Assembly (NCBI GenBank): GCA_022840695.1
Contig: JALHDC010000002.1
Location: 91,374-155,373, forward strand
Direction: 5' to 3'
Source of the DNA: a bacterium
Lineage (GTDB): Bacteria; Patescibacteriota; Dojkabacteria; SC72
Length of the DNA stretch: 64,000 bases
Below the pieces are notes generated by a model. It did not search any database. It was not told the origin of the DNA and saw only the letters and a program-made list of their open reading frames with translations. Of this stretch, positions 40,472 through 49,202 are shown in pieces. Position 1 is the first letter of the stretch. Each line of letters starts with the position of its first letter. A program made the translations under genes and the position numbers.

Positions 40472-41353
40472 CTAGTACAAATCCAGAAATCCAAACACTG
40501 CCATAAGGTTATTCTCTCTAATCACCTTCATTGCAGCTTCTAATTCTCCTGCAGCAACAGGTAAAGATTCATCTGTAACAGCATTACCATTAACATCACT
40601 ATCTACAGAATATGTAATCTTGACCTTCTCCTCAACCTCAACAGAATTTCCAGCCTTATCTATAACCTCCATCTCAAATACATTTGGTCCTTCATCCAAA
40701 AGAATACCTGTGATTAAGAATTTACCCTCCTCATCACAAACTGCACTATACTTATCTACACCCCTCCTCACTACAACCTCAGCTTCTGGTTCAACATTAC
40801 CCGTCAATGTAAATGTCTCAGTTCCCACCTCTTCTGGATATTTAACCTCACCCAACACAGGATCCGTCCTATCAACCTCAACTATCCTCATATCAGATTG
40901 AGCAGATACATATCTCTTTGGGAAACCCTTAACTCCAGCCACAGACACAGCATATTTACCTTCTAACTCTGCTCTGTATGAATATTCAAAAGTTGTATCT
41001 TTCTCAACCTTCACTCTTGCAACCTCCTCATTATCTACAAATACAAAAACCTGATCATATCCATCAGCCAATCCTCTAACTAATATATTCTCTTCATTTG
41101 TTAAAACCTCAGTACCTGAAAGAGATGGGGATTCTAATGTATCATCCAACTCCGGATTCCTACTAAACTTAACAAATGAATATATTCCGTAAGAAATCAA
41201 AAGAATACCAAGAAATATAAATATACTTCCAACAATCCTAGAAACCCTTTCCTGATCCTCAGGACTCTTAATTTCAACCTTAGAAACCATACTCTCTTCT
41301 CTTCTTAATTCCTTACTAACTTTTTGGGTAGATTTAGATTTTTTCTTTGCCAC
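40472..41353 (-). CDS. Ig-like surface protein with LPVAAG sorting-like motif; C-terminus apparently frameshifted
   Basis: N-terminal TM, two Ig-like repeats (DRTDP, GPNVF..DKAGN), LPVAAG. A hydrophobic/basic tail GFVLVKYKGKR* lies in another frame (stop at 40449). Confidence 0.7.
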   Translation of the reverse strand: MAKKKSKSTQKVSKELRREESMVSKVEIKSPEDQERVSRIVGSIFIFLGILLISYGIYSFVKFSRNPELDDTLESPSLSGTEVLTNEENILVRGLADGYDQVFVFVDNEEVARVKVEKDTTFEYSYRAELEGKYAVSVAGVKGFPKRYVSAQSDMRIVEVDRTDPVLGEVKYPEEVGTETFTLTGNVEPEAEVVVRRGVDKYSAVCDEEGKFLITGILLDEGPNVFEMEVIDKAGNSVEVEEKVKITYSVDSDVNGNAVTDESLPVAAGELEAAMKVIRENNLMAVFGFLDLY

Positions 41354-41453
41354 GCTAAACCTATATTAAAATTTATATACCTCTACTTTTAGAATAATAT
41401 AATTATTTAAATAATGCAACAGTATCAGAAAAATAGTAGAATAGAGAGAAGAT

Positions 41454-42140
41454 ATGAACAAAGCAAAAAAGATTACATTGACATTCTTAGTAATACTATT
41501 AATAGTATCCCCCATACTCTTTCTTTTAATATATCCCAACTATAACAACATCAACCTCATTCTAAAATCCTTTGATTTCTACACTCTTTCTAAAGAAACT
41601 TCCATATCAACATTAACCACACTCTCTCCACTAAGAGAAAAATTTGAAGAAAAAGTATTAGGATATACATCCATAGAAGAATCACTTCAGAATACGGAGA
41701 TAGTATTAGACAGAAAGATCTTGGAAGAACTTAACACCACCATACACATAGAGAATATAAATGTAGAAGGAAAAATATATCAGGGGATCTCCTCGCTAAC
41801 AATGGATACCGGATTCTGGCACTTTCCAATTTCAAAATTCCCAGGAGAAAAAGGCAATACTGTAATCATCGGTCACAGATTTATGAACCTCCCACCCTCA
41901 AAAGACACATTTTTTAACCTAGATAAGATAAGTATAGGAGAAAAGATAGAGATAAAACATCACGAAGGAACCTTTACATACATAGTTGTAGAAAAGAAAG
42001 AAGTTGAACCAAACGATGTTTCTGTAATCCAAGATACTGAAGACTACAGAGTAACATTGATAACTTGCACACCACTATGGACATCCGAAAAACGCTTAGT
42101 AGTAATTGCTAAACTAGACAAACTATACAAAAAAGTGTAG
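41454..42140 (+). CDS. Sortase
   Basis: N-terminal TM; GNTVIIGHR, TLITCTP...KRLVV catalytic triad. Confidence 0.93.
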   Translation: MNKAKKITLTFLVILLIVSPILFLLIYPNYNNINLILKSFDFYTLSKETSISTLTTLSPLREKFEEKVLGYTSIEESLQNTEIVLDRKILEELNTTIHIENINVEGKIYQGISSLTMDTGFWHFPISKFPGEKGNTVIIGHRFMNLPPSKDTFFNLDKISIGEKIEIKHHEGTFTYIVVEKKEVEPNDVSVIQDTEDYRVTLITCTPLWTSEKRLVVIAKLDKLYKKV

Positions 42141-42177
42141 ACTTTGACCGCTATTTAAATATTTAAAAACATTTTCC

Positions 42178-43206
42178 ATGACAGATTTCTACACAAGAAA
42201 AGATATAAGCAAAGATACTGTTCAATTTACAGTAACGGTTCCAAAAGAGGAATTCCAAAAGGAATATACAGCACTATTAAAAAAAGAGCTGGAAAATACA
42301 GACATAAAAGGATTTAGAAAAGGTAAAGTTCCTTCTGATTTTGTCGAACCACACATAGGAAATACATTAAAAATACAGGCATTTGAAAAACTAGTCCCTA
42401 TGTTAATTACCACAGCACTACAAAAAGAGAACCTAGAACCAATTGCACCACCTGAATATAAAGAATTTCCAGATTTCAAAAAAGAGAAAGATCTAACATT
42501 CAGTATGGATATAACCATCATGCCTGAATTTAAACTTGGAAACTTGAAAAAAATTAAAATTGAGAAAGAAGATGCAAAGGTAGAGAAAAAAGAAATAGAT
42601 GAAGCACTAGAAAACCTTAAAGAGAATCAGGAAACAAAAGAAAAGGAGATAAATGAGAAGTGGGCAAAGGAGATAATTAAACTTCTTAAATTAGAAAAAG
42701 AAGTAAAAGATCTTAAAGAACTTAGGAAATACATAGAAGATGCTATGCAGAAACAGAAAGAACATATGATCAAACACCAAAATGAAGACAAAGCCATACT
42801 TGAAGGAATAAAAATATCGAAGATTGAAATACCACAACCAGCTATCAAGTTTGAAGCAGAGGAAAGAGAAAGAGCTTTTGTAAACGATATGCAACAGAAA
42901 GGAATAAATATAGATGATTTTCTTAAAGCAAATAATATTACACTAGAAAAAATGAGAGAGCTCTGGTTAAAAGATGCAGAGCAGGCACTTCAAACAGATG
43001 TATTTCTAAAAATGTATATCAAAGATAAAGATATAAAGGTAACAGACGAAGATCTAAAAGAGAAAATAAATAACATAAGGAATGGAGCTCCAAAAGATAC
43101 AGATAAAGCTATATTTGAGAATGAACAATGGAAAGAGTATATAAGAAGAATCGAAGAAAAAGAGAAAGCTTTCCAATCATTTATAAAGGAAGTATTAGGT
43201 GAATAA
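42178..43206 (+). CDS. tig: Trigger factor lacking the FKBP PPIase domain
   Basis: GFRKGKVP ribosome-binding motif; only 342 aa; precedes clpP. Confidence 0.9.
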   Translation: MTDFYTRKDISKDTVQFTVTVPKEEFQKEYTALLKKELENTDIKGFRKGKVPSDFVEPHIGNTLKIQAFEKLVPMLITTALQKENLEPIAPPEYKEFPDFKKEKDLTFSMDITIMPEFKLGNLKKIKIEKEDAKVEKKEIDEALENLKENQETKEKEINEKWAKEIIKLLKLEKEVKDLKELRKYIEDAMQKQKEHMIKHQNEDKAILEGIKISKIEIPQPAIKFEAEERERAFVNDMQQKGINIDDFLKANNITLEKMRELWLKDAEQALQTDVFLKMYIKDKDIKVTDEDLKEKINNIRNGAPKDTDKAIFENEQWKEYIRRIEEKEKAFQSFIKEVLGE

Positions 43207-43225
43207 ATTGTAATATATAAATATT

Positions 43226-43807
43226 ATGAATTTAATACCAACAGTAATAGAAAAGGAAAGGGGAGGGGAGAGAGCATACGATATATACTCAAGACTACTC
43301 AAGGATAGGATCATATTTGTAAGTGGTACCATAGAAACAAATATGGCAAATACAATAATCGCCCAATTACTATTCCTCGAGAAAGAGAATCCTGATGAAG
43401 ATATTCAGATGTTCATAAATTCATACGGTGGACAAGTTACAGCAGGAATGGCGATACTAGATACAATGAATTACATCAAATGTGATATATCTACAACAGC
43501 AATAGGTATAGCAGCATCTATGGGTACAGTACTCTTAACAAATGGAACAAAAGGAAAGAGATTTGCACTACCAAATAGCAAAATACATATACATCAACCA
43601 CTAGGTGGAGTAGAGGGACAAGCAAGTGATATAGCTATAGAAGCAAAAGAGATTATTAAAACAAGAGAGGTACTTTACAAAATACTTTCAGAAAAAACGG
43701 GAAGAAGTATTAAACAGATAGAAAAGGATGCCGATAGGGATAAATATTTTACAGCTAAGGAAGCTAAGGAGTATGGGTTAATAGATAGAGTCATTAGGAA
43801 GAGATAA
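43226..43807 (+). CDS. clpP: ATP-dependent Clp protease proteolytic subunit
   Basis: [28 protein letters not shown]. Confidence 0.98.
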   Translation: MNLIPTVIEKERGGERAYDIYSRLLKDRIIFVSGTIETNMANTIIAQLLFLEKENPDEDIQMFINSYGGQVTAGMAILDTMNYIKCDISTTAIGIAASMGTVLLTNGTKGKRFALPNSKIHIHQPLGGVEGQASDIAIEAKEIIKTREVLYKILSEKTGRSIKQIEKDADRDKYFTAKEAKEYGLIDRVIRKR

Positions 43808-43921
43808 ACCAATACGTTTGGATTGTACAAAAACTAGTAGTACGAAAATAACTATATAGAAAATATTAACGAAATTTAATATACTATAAACACTACCCCA
43901 ATAATTTAATACCTTTTAAAA

Positions 43922-44428
43922 ATGACAAAAAGATTTCTTGATGATCCTACAGGTATAGAAGATAACTCAAAACAGGAAGCATTAGATAAAATACGATTTA
44001 ATATAGAAAATATGCTAACGGGAGGAGATCAATTCACGGTCGTAGATGAGATTGTATACAACATAAACTTAAAAGATATAAATGAGTATATAAAATTTTT
44101 GAAAGCAGATAAGACCCTACCTACAAAGCTAACAAGAATTAGATCATATGATGTAGATAATCTAGATCTTTTTGAGCAATTATGTGACTATACATCTGTA
44201 AACAATTCTGAAACTCCAAGAATATGGAATCAAAAAGTATATTTCATTGAATCAGGGGATTTTGCATTAACATTCATACCGATAGCTTTGGAAGACAAAA
44301 AGAGTGTAAACATATATATGGAACCTCTAGAAGAATCACCTGATTTCATTACAGAACTTTGGGCAAAGCTTAACGAAGAGAAAAAATTAGAGGATATTGA
44401 TTTTGTAGATTACAAAGATTTACTATAA
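43922..44428 (+). CDS. Hypothetical protein
   Basis: 168-aa ORF; no recognisable motif. Confidence 0.6.
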   Translation: MTKRFLDDPTGIEDNSKQEALDKIRFNIENMLTGGDQFTVVDEIVYNINLKDINEYIKFLKADKTLPTKLTRIRSYDVDNLDLFEQLCDYTSVNNSETPRIWNQKVYFIESGDFALTFIPIALEDKKSVNIYMEPLEESPDFITELWAKLNEEKKLEDIDFVDYKDLL

Positions 44429-44845
44429 GAAATTCACGAGATTGTTCTTAACAAAATCTTCTATCTTCCCCCTTACTTCTTCCATATCCTTAACATTACT
44501 TCCTGCTGTATATACAGTGATATCAAATAACTCTTCCTCATTACAATCTAACCAATACCCATTCTTAGCTAAATATATTAATAATGCAAATATACCCATT
44601 CTTTTATTGCCATCCTCAAATGGATGATTCTTTATACATAGGTAATATAACATTGAAGCCTTAGACACAAGAGTAGGGTATAGATCATTACCTGATATTT
44701 GTTGAAATGGTTGTGTTATTGAACTATCTAACTTACCACTATTCCTAACCTCATACTCAGAACTACTACCATCATTCTCTCTCATATACTCAGTAAATAA
44801 CTGAGCAATATATTCTAATTCTTCCTTACTTACTCTCTTATCCAT
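44423..44845 (-). CDS. Doc/Fic-family toxin
   Basis: HPFEDGNKRMG Doc-type motif; DLYPTLVSKASML. ATG at 44845 is preferred. Confidence 0.9.
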   Translation of the reverse strand: MDKRVSKEELEYIAQLFTEYMRENDGSSSEYEVRNSGKLDSSITQPFQQISGNDLYPTLVSKASMLYYLCIKNHPFEDGNKRMGIFALLIYLAKNGYWLDCNEEELFDITVYTAGSNVKDMEEVRGKIEDFVKNNLVNFL

Positions 44846-44846
44846 A

Positions 44847-44954
44847 CTATGCATTTTGTAATTTAATTATTGTTTTACTATATTTATCCATGGTTCTATT
44901 AAATACCTTTTTTAGGAATTCTTTTTGTTCATTTGTAAGTTGTTTGTTTTCCAT
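44847..44954 (-). CDS. 35-aa candidate Doc antitoxin (not in ORF track)
   Basis: MENKQLTNEQKEFLKKVFNRTMDKYSKTIIKLQNA*. Its stop is 1 nt before the doc ATG; TATAAT lies upstream. Confidence 0.65.
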   Translation of the reverse strand: MENKQLTNEQKEFLKKVFNRTMDKYSKTIIKLQNA

Positions 44955-44975
44955 ATATCTATGATTATACATATG

Positions 44976-45004
44976 TTGAAAAAGAATGTTAAAGAAAATA
45001 TAAT
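44976..45004 (+). promoter_or_regulatory. Sigma70 promoter of tRNA-Val
   Basis: TTGAAA-17-TATAAT. Confidence 0.7.
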
Positions 45005-45018
45005 CCATAGTATGTAAT

Positions 45019-45092
45019 GGGCGATTAGCTCAGCTGGTTAGAGCGTCACATTGACATTGTGAAGGTCACAGGTTCGAGTCCCGTATCGCCCA
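45019..45092 (+). tRNA. tRNA-Val(GAC), CCA not encoded
   Basis: Acceptor GGGCGAT/ATCGCCC, D arm GCTC/GAGC, anticodon arm TCACA-ttGACat-TGTGA, T loop GGTTCGAGTCC. Confidence 0.96.
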
Positions 45093-45136
45093 TTTTTGTT
45101 TTTCATGATTATAGGCAGAGAAAGAGATATAGGTTG

Positions 45137-45174
45137 TTTAGTTTTTAAGTTCGAGTCCTTCAGGGCCCACCATT
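45137..45174 (+). repeat. tRNA 3'-end-like repeat R2
   Basis: TTTAGTTTTTAAGTTCGAGTCCTTCAGGGCCCACCATT (T loop, acceptor strand and CCA). Confidence 0.8.
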
Positions 45175-45208
45175 CCCATAAAGCATACAGATAAAGTATA
45201 ATTATCTT

Positions 45209-45727
45209 ATGGATAAATATTATCTAGGCAACTTACAAGAGCTAGAAGAATTCTGTAATTTATACTTCCCTCTCATAACTAATTATTCAAGGTCTATATT
45301 GGGAGTAGATTTATCAAATAATACTTTTGAAGGTGATCACTTAGGCATTCAGACATCATCTCATGAAGAGTATACCCATTACTACAATCTCCTATCTTCA
45401 TACATGTCACACAACTTTACAAACGATTTACATGGTAGAAAAGTGTCAATATTTTCCTTTAGAGATGAATTTGTTTCCAATGATATTTCTTTAAAAGGTG
45501 TAGAGATATTTGAGCCTAAACCTAATGTAGATAATGGGAAAATTAAACTAGGTATAGAGCACATATCAATAATAGCCAAAGAGTATGATAAAACTTTTGA
45601 GAATATCTCAAGGGCATTTATTAATAAATCTGCTGAGTATCCTGAGGGTAGATTTTTTAAAACAAAGTTTACAAATCTCGTTGAAATAGAATTTAGAGAT
45701 AGAAGTTTAATTAAGAAAGATACTTAG
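45209..45727 (+). CDS. VOC/YecM-like protein
   Basis: DHLGIQT, HGRKVSIF, VEIFEPKP, GIEHISI. Confidence 0.75.
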   Translation: MDKYYLGNLQELEEFCNLYFPLITNYSRSILGVDLSNNTFEGDHLGIQTSSHEEYTHYYNLLSSYMSHNFTNDLHGRKVSIFSFRDEFVSNDISLKGVEIFEPKPNVDNGKIKLGIEHISIIAKEYDKTFENISRAFINKSAEYPEGRFFKTKFTNLVEIEFRDRSLIKKDT

Positions 45728-45733
45728 AGAAGC

Positions 45734-45774
45734 TTTAGTTTTAAGTTCAAAGCCATCCAACACCTCCCACCATT
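45734..45774 (+). repeat. tRNA 3'-end-like repeat R3
   Basis: TTTAGTTTTAAGTTCAAAGCC...CCCACCATT; shares both ends with R2. Confidence 0.7.
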
Positions 45775-46222
45775 AGAAAACTTTTTCCATCTCTATGTGT
45801 AGAACTATACCATCCTCATTAGGTATTTCTTTTAGATCCTTATAACCTAAGTGTTTGTAAAAACCATGTGCTACTAAACTAGACCACAACCAAATTCTTT
45901 TATAACCATTATCTTTAATACATTTCTCAGCTACTTCTGCTAATTCCCTACCTAAGCCTTTGCCCATTTGTGAAGGTAGTACATAAAGAGATCTCATCTT
46001 GTCCTCCTTTGCTAATACACAACCCACTATCTCTCCATCGTCTTCTACTACAAAATAATCGTCATTTGTAATATATTTGGTGAGTTTCTCATTGGTATAG
46101 TTATTAAAGGTCTCTTGTATATCATCTTCAGGGTATAAATCTTTATGTGTAGCTAGAATAGATTCTCTTATAACCTTCTGGATTGAGTCTATGTCATCTA
46201 TTCTTGCCTTTCTGATAATCAT
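45773..46222 (-). CDS. GNAT acetyltransferase
   Basis: IRKARIDD, LYVLPSQMGKGLGREL, AHGFYKHLGY. Confidence 0.92.
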   Translation of the reverse strand: MIIRKARIDDIDSIQKVIRESILATHKDLYPEDDIQETFNNYTNEKLTKYITNDDYFVVEDDGEIVGCVLAKEDKMRSLYVLPSQMGKGLGRELAEVAEKCIKDNGYKRIWLWSSLVAHGFYKHLGYKDLKEIPNEDGIVLHIEMEKVF

Positions 46223-46254
46223 AATATTAACATTTTATTTTAATATAGGAATTA

Positions 46255-46268
46255 TATCACCCACCATT
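46255..46268 (+). repeat. tRNA 3'-end-like repeat R4
   Basis: TATCACCCACCATT, one mismatch to the tRNA-Val end TATCGCCCA, plus CCA. Confidence 0.65.
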
Positions 46269-46291
46269 ACTATTTCCTGATATACTTAACC

Positions 46292-46876
46292 ATGAACTAT
46301 ACATTAGTAGTTATCCCAACTGAAAGAGATTTAAAATTTCTTAACAATCTAAGAAATTATATATACCAAAATGACTTTAGATTTAAAAACAAACCACTAG
46401 ATTCAGACACTCACATAACCATTGCGAACATCGAAATGGATGAAGACAAGATAGCCGAATTAAAGGAAACCCTACAAGCCAATATACACAAATTAAAACC
46501 ATTCACAATCAAGAAAGAAGAATATATATTAACAAAAGAAGACAAGGAACCTAATTACAAATTCGATAATCCATATACTTGGATAGCATTAAAATTTCCA
46601 CAAAGAAAAGATATATACCAAGAGTTAGACAGAATAACTAAGGAACTAGGAATTAATAATAATGAAGAATATATTAATAATGTAAGAAGGATAGAAAGGG
46701 ATATAGAAGAAAAAGATTATATTGCAAATCATATTAATTTAAGTAATTACACTAGAAGAGATAGAGCAAATGATTGTTGGAATTATTTTAATGATAATTT
46801 ACCTAAAGAAATATTATTTAATAAGATTGGATTAAGAGATGAGAAGGGGAAGATTATTTTCATAATAAAAATATAG
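46292..46876 (+). CDS. 2H phosphoesterase (2'-5' RNA ligase-like)
   Basis: Two HxT/S-like motifs, HITI and HINL. Confidence 0.65.
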   Translation: MNYTLVVIPTERDLKFLNNLRNYIYQNDFRFKNKPLDSDTHITIANIEMDEDKIAELKETLQANIHKLKPFTIKKEEYILTKEDKEPNYKFDNPYTWIALKFPQRKDIYQELDRITKELGINNNEEYINNVRRIERDIEEKDYIANHINLSNYTRRDRANDCWNYFNDNLPKEILFNKIGLRDEKGKIIFIIKI

Positions 46877-46897
46877 GAAGACTGTAATTCTATAAAA

Positions 46898-46924
46898 AAG
46901 TTCATGCACTTACTATCCCCATCC
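46898..46924 (+). repeat. Degenerate tRNA 3'-end-like repeat R5
   Basis: AAGTTC...TATCCCCA in the gap between convergent genes. Confidence 0.35.
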
Positions 46925-47767
46925 CTACACCCTAGTCCTATTTACCTTCTCCCTCCCTTTATGTTGTTCTATATGCTTAATATAATATCCCTCAACTCTC
47001 TTTCTATAATCCACACCATTACTCTTAAAATATTGGAATATATCTAAATAATACCCAGAAGGAATATCAGAGGGTACACAATAACCATTCCTTTTCAACT
47101 GATCCCTTATGTATCTCAATTGATTAAATGTAAAAAGCTTTTTAAATGTATCTAACACATTCCCATTCATCTGATTAAAAATATATGTAATAAAATCCCT
47201 ATATAATTTAAATTCTTCCTCAGCATTATTCTTCTTCATAATCCTAAGTAAAACAATATCTACATTGGGTACAGGATTAAAATCCTCCCTATTAAAACTT
47301 TCAACCATACTAAGATTATATACAGAGGAAACTATTGCACCTATTTGAGTATTCTTTGGTATACCCATATATCTTTCAGCAGATTCTTTTTGAACAAATA
47401 TATATGCTTCAATTAGTTTTGATTCTATATCTGTAATTTTGTTAATAATATCTGAAGTTAAGGAAAATGGTATATTTGCAAACACTTTGTATCCATTATT
47501 GGGTAAGTCAGAGGTAAGGAAGTCTTCATTTTTTAAAACAACGTTAGGATTATCTTTAAAAAGTTCTTCCAATATACCAAAATATCTTGAATCTAATTCG
47601 TATGCTATTACGTTATTACAATGTTTTACTAATTCTTTTGTTATTGCTCCTGTACCAGCCCCTATATCAATTACAGTATCGTTATTAGAGATATTAATAG
47701 AAGTTATTATTCTTTCTAAATTTTTTTTATTTTTATATAAGTTTTGGGAATATTTAATATCTACCAT
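46925..47767 (-). CDS. Erm-like rRNA adenine N6-methyltransferase
   Basis: YSQNL, DIGAGTGAIT, YELD, FANIPFSLTSDII, FNPVPNVD, KKLFTFNQL (Erm-type C-terminus). Confidence 0.8.
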   Translation of the reverse strand: MVDIKYSQNLYKNKKNLERIITSINISNNDTVIDIGAGTGAITKELVKHCNNVIAYELDSRYFGILEELFKDNPNVVLKNEDFLTSDLPNNGYKVFANIPFSLTSDIINKITDIESKLIEAYIFVQKESAERYMGIPKNTQIGAIVSSVYNLSMVESFNREDFNPVPNVDIVLLRIMKKNNAEEEFKLYRDFITYIFNQMNGNVLDTFKKLFTFNQLRYIRDQLKRNGYCVPSDIPSGYYLDIFQYFKSNGVDYRKRVEGYYIKHIEQHKGREKVNRTRV

Positions 47768-47807
47768 ATGAGAATTATATCACTAGAATTAATTAGACAG
47801 GACTCTT

Positions 47808-47840
47808 AGGTTCTATACTTTTTAATATCGCCCACCATTT
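47808..47840 (+). repeat. tRNA 3'-end-like repeat R6
   Basis: AGGTTC...TTTAATATCGCCCACCATTT; exact tRNA-Val end TATCGCCCA plus CCA. Confidence 0.8.
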
Positions 47841-47865
47841 ATATTCTCTGCTATAATAATACCCT

Positions 47866-48330
47866 ATGATCCCCAACCTTACCTACAAACTAAATGATAT
47901 CTCAAACATAGATAACCCTCTAATACTCTCTATTAAAATATTCAATCCCTCTAAAGAAAAAACTTTAAAATACCATAACAAAGAAGATTGGTTAAACAAG
48001 ATTAAAGATAAAGGGATATTAATATCAGTATATGATGATGATAAGTGTATAGCCTTTGCAATCTGTTACAAAACTAATAGTGATACATTACATATATGGA
48101 ATGTAGGTGTTCTAGATGAATATAGAGGACTAGGTATATGGAGAGAAACATATAACAGAATAATTGATTATGCTATTAAACAAGGTTTTAAGAAAATAAC
48201 ATTAAATACATATAAGGATAAATTCCCTAATATGTATGCATTTGTAAAGAAAGAAAGTTTTGATTTAATAAAAGAAGAATTTAACAAAGATGGGGAAATG
48301 AAGTCTTGTTTTGTTAAAAGGGTTAGATAG
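47866..48330 (+). CDS. GNAT acetyltransferase
   Basis: HIWNVGVLDEYRGLGI, ITLNT...FPNM. Confidence 0.88.
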   Translation: MIPNLTYKLNDISNIDNPLILSIKIFNPSKEKTLKYHNKEDWLNKIKDKGILISVYDDDKCIAFAICYKTNSDTLHIWNVGVLDEYRGLGIWRETYNRIIDYAIKQGFKKITLNTYKDKFPNMYAFVKKESFDLIKEEFNKDGEMKSCFVKRVR

Positions 48331-48349
48331 GATACTCTGATATACCTAA

Positions 48350-48469
48350 ATGATGATAAAAATATCACTCAGGATAATTGGTATCCAGTATAGGGATAAA
48401 AGAGATAAGGTTCTGGAAGAACTAAAGAAGATAGGGGAGTATTATTTAAAGAGGAATTTGAGTTTGTAA
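48350..48469 (+). other. 39-codon ORF or gene remnant
   Basis: MMIKISLRIIGIQYRDKRDKVLEELKKIGEYYLKRNLSL*; ends just before repeat R7. Confidence 0.3.
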
Positions 48470-48471
48470 TA

Positions 48472-48491
48472 TTTAATATCTCTAGCCATTT
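48472..48491 (+). repeat. Degenerate tRNA 3'-end-like repeat R7
   Basis: TTTAATATCtctagCCATTT versus R6 TTTAATATCgcccaCCATTT. Confidence 0.5.
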
Positions 48492-48557
48492 TCTCAAAAA
48501 CATATAACTTCGAATTTTTTAAATTCCTTCCTCTCAAAACACCTGGGAAAAGTCTCT

Positions 48558-49097
48558 CTATTTATTAAAATATTTACTTAATATAAATTTCTTTCTCCAT
48601 TCTCTAGTAGGAATAGGATATGCCCCTAATTTATCTTCAGAAAGCTTATCATAAAAATCATTCCAAAAATTACAAGTTGGATATGCACATCCTTTTCCTG
48701 ACCTATTCCTTATTACACTATCCTGAGGTTTACCATTGTATGTATAGTTAATCATGTTTTTAGGATCCCTAGAAAAGGAATTTAAAGATGTAGTCACTGC
48801 CTTAAAAATACATTCATTACCATTCTCATCCTCAAAAGAATGGATTATAAATAAATTATCCTTCTTAGGATTGTATGTATTCTGTACTTCGGGAATAATG
48901 AAATTCTTCTTGTTAAGAACCTGTTCCCATAATCGAACATGTTCCGAATCACATGTAATAGAATTAATGTAACACTCTTTAGAGGCAGAGGATATAACAG
49001 GCCATCCAGCCTCTTCCCAATCAGATTCCGTAAGAGATTGAAGTAATGGTTCTATTTCAACAACTTCATTTTCTCTCACAGTATCCTGAAATTCCAT
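48558..49097 (-). CDS. Hypothetical protein
   Basis: 179-aa ORF with TGGTATAAT 5 nt before the ATG. Confidence 0.6.
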   Translation of the reverse strand: MEFQDTVRENEVVEIEPLLQSLTESDWEEAGWPVISSASKECYINSITCDSEHVRLWEQVLNKKNFIIPEVQNTYNPKKDNLFIIHSFEDENGNECIFKAVTTSLNSFSRDPKNMINYTYNGKPQDSVIRNRSGKGCAYPTCNFWNDFYDKLSEDKLGAYPIPTREWRKKFILSKYFNK

Positions 49098-49202
49098 AGA
49101 AAATTATACCATTAAATATATATATTTTAGTTAAATCTATTTCACTAGTATGTATTACAAACACCTGCTATATTCAGTTAATAATATATTAAATATATAC
49201 AT

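Noticed and set aside
42178-43206. Trigger factor missing its PPIase domain
   Set aside because: Common in reduced CPR-type genomes; not novel.
45105-45194. Short ORF MIIGRERDI... crossing repeat R2
   Set aside because: May be the remnant of an ATPase gene start, but it is too short to support, and it reads through the repeat.
45137-48491. CRISPR array or classical integron interpretation of the repeats
   Set aside because: The spacers are whole genes, the repeats are degenerate and non-palindromic, no attC RYYYAAC/GTTRRRY structure was seen, and there is no cas or intI in the window.
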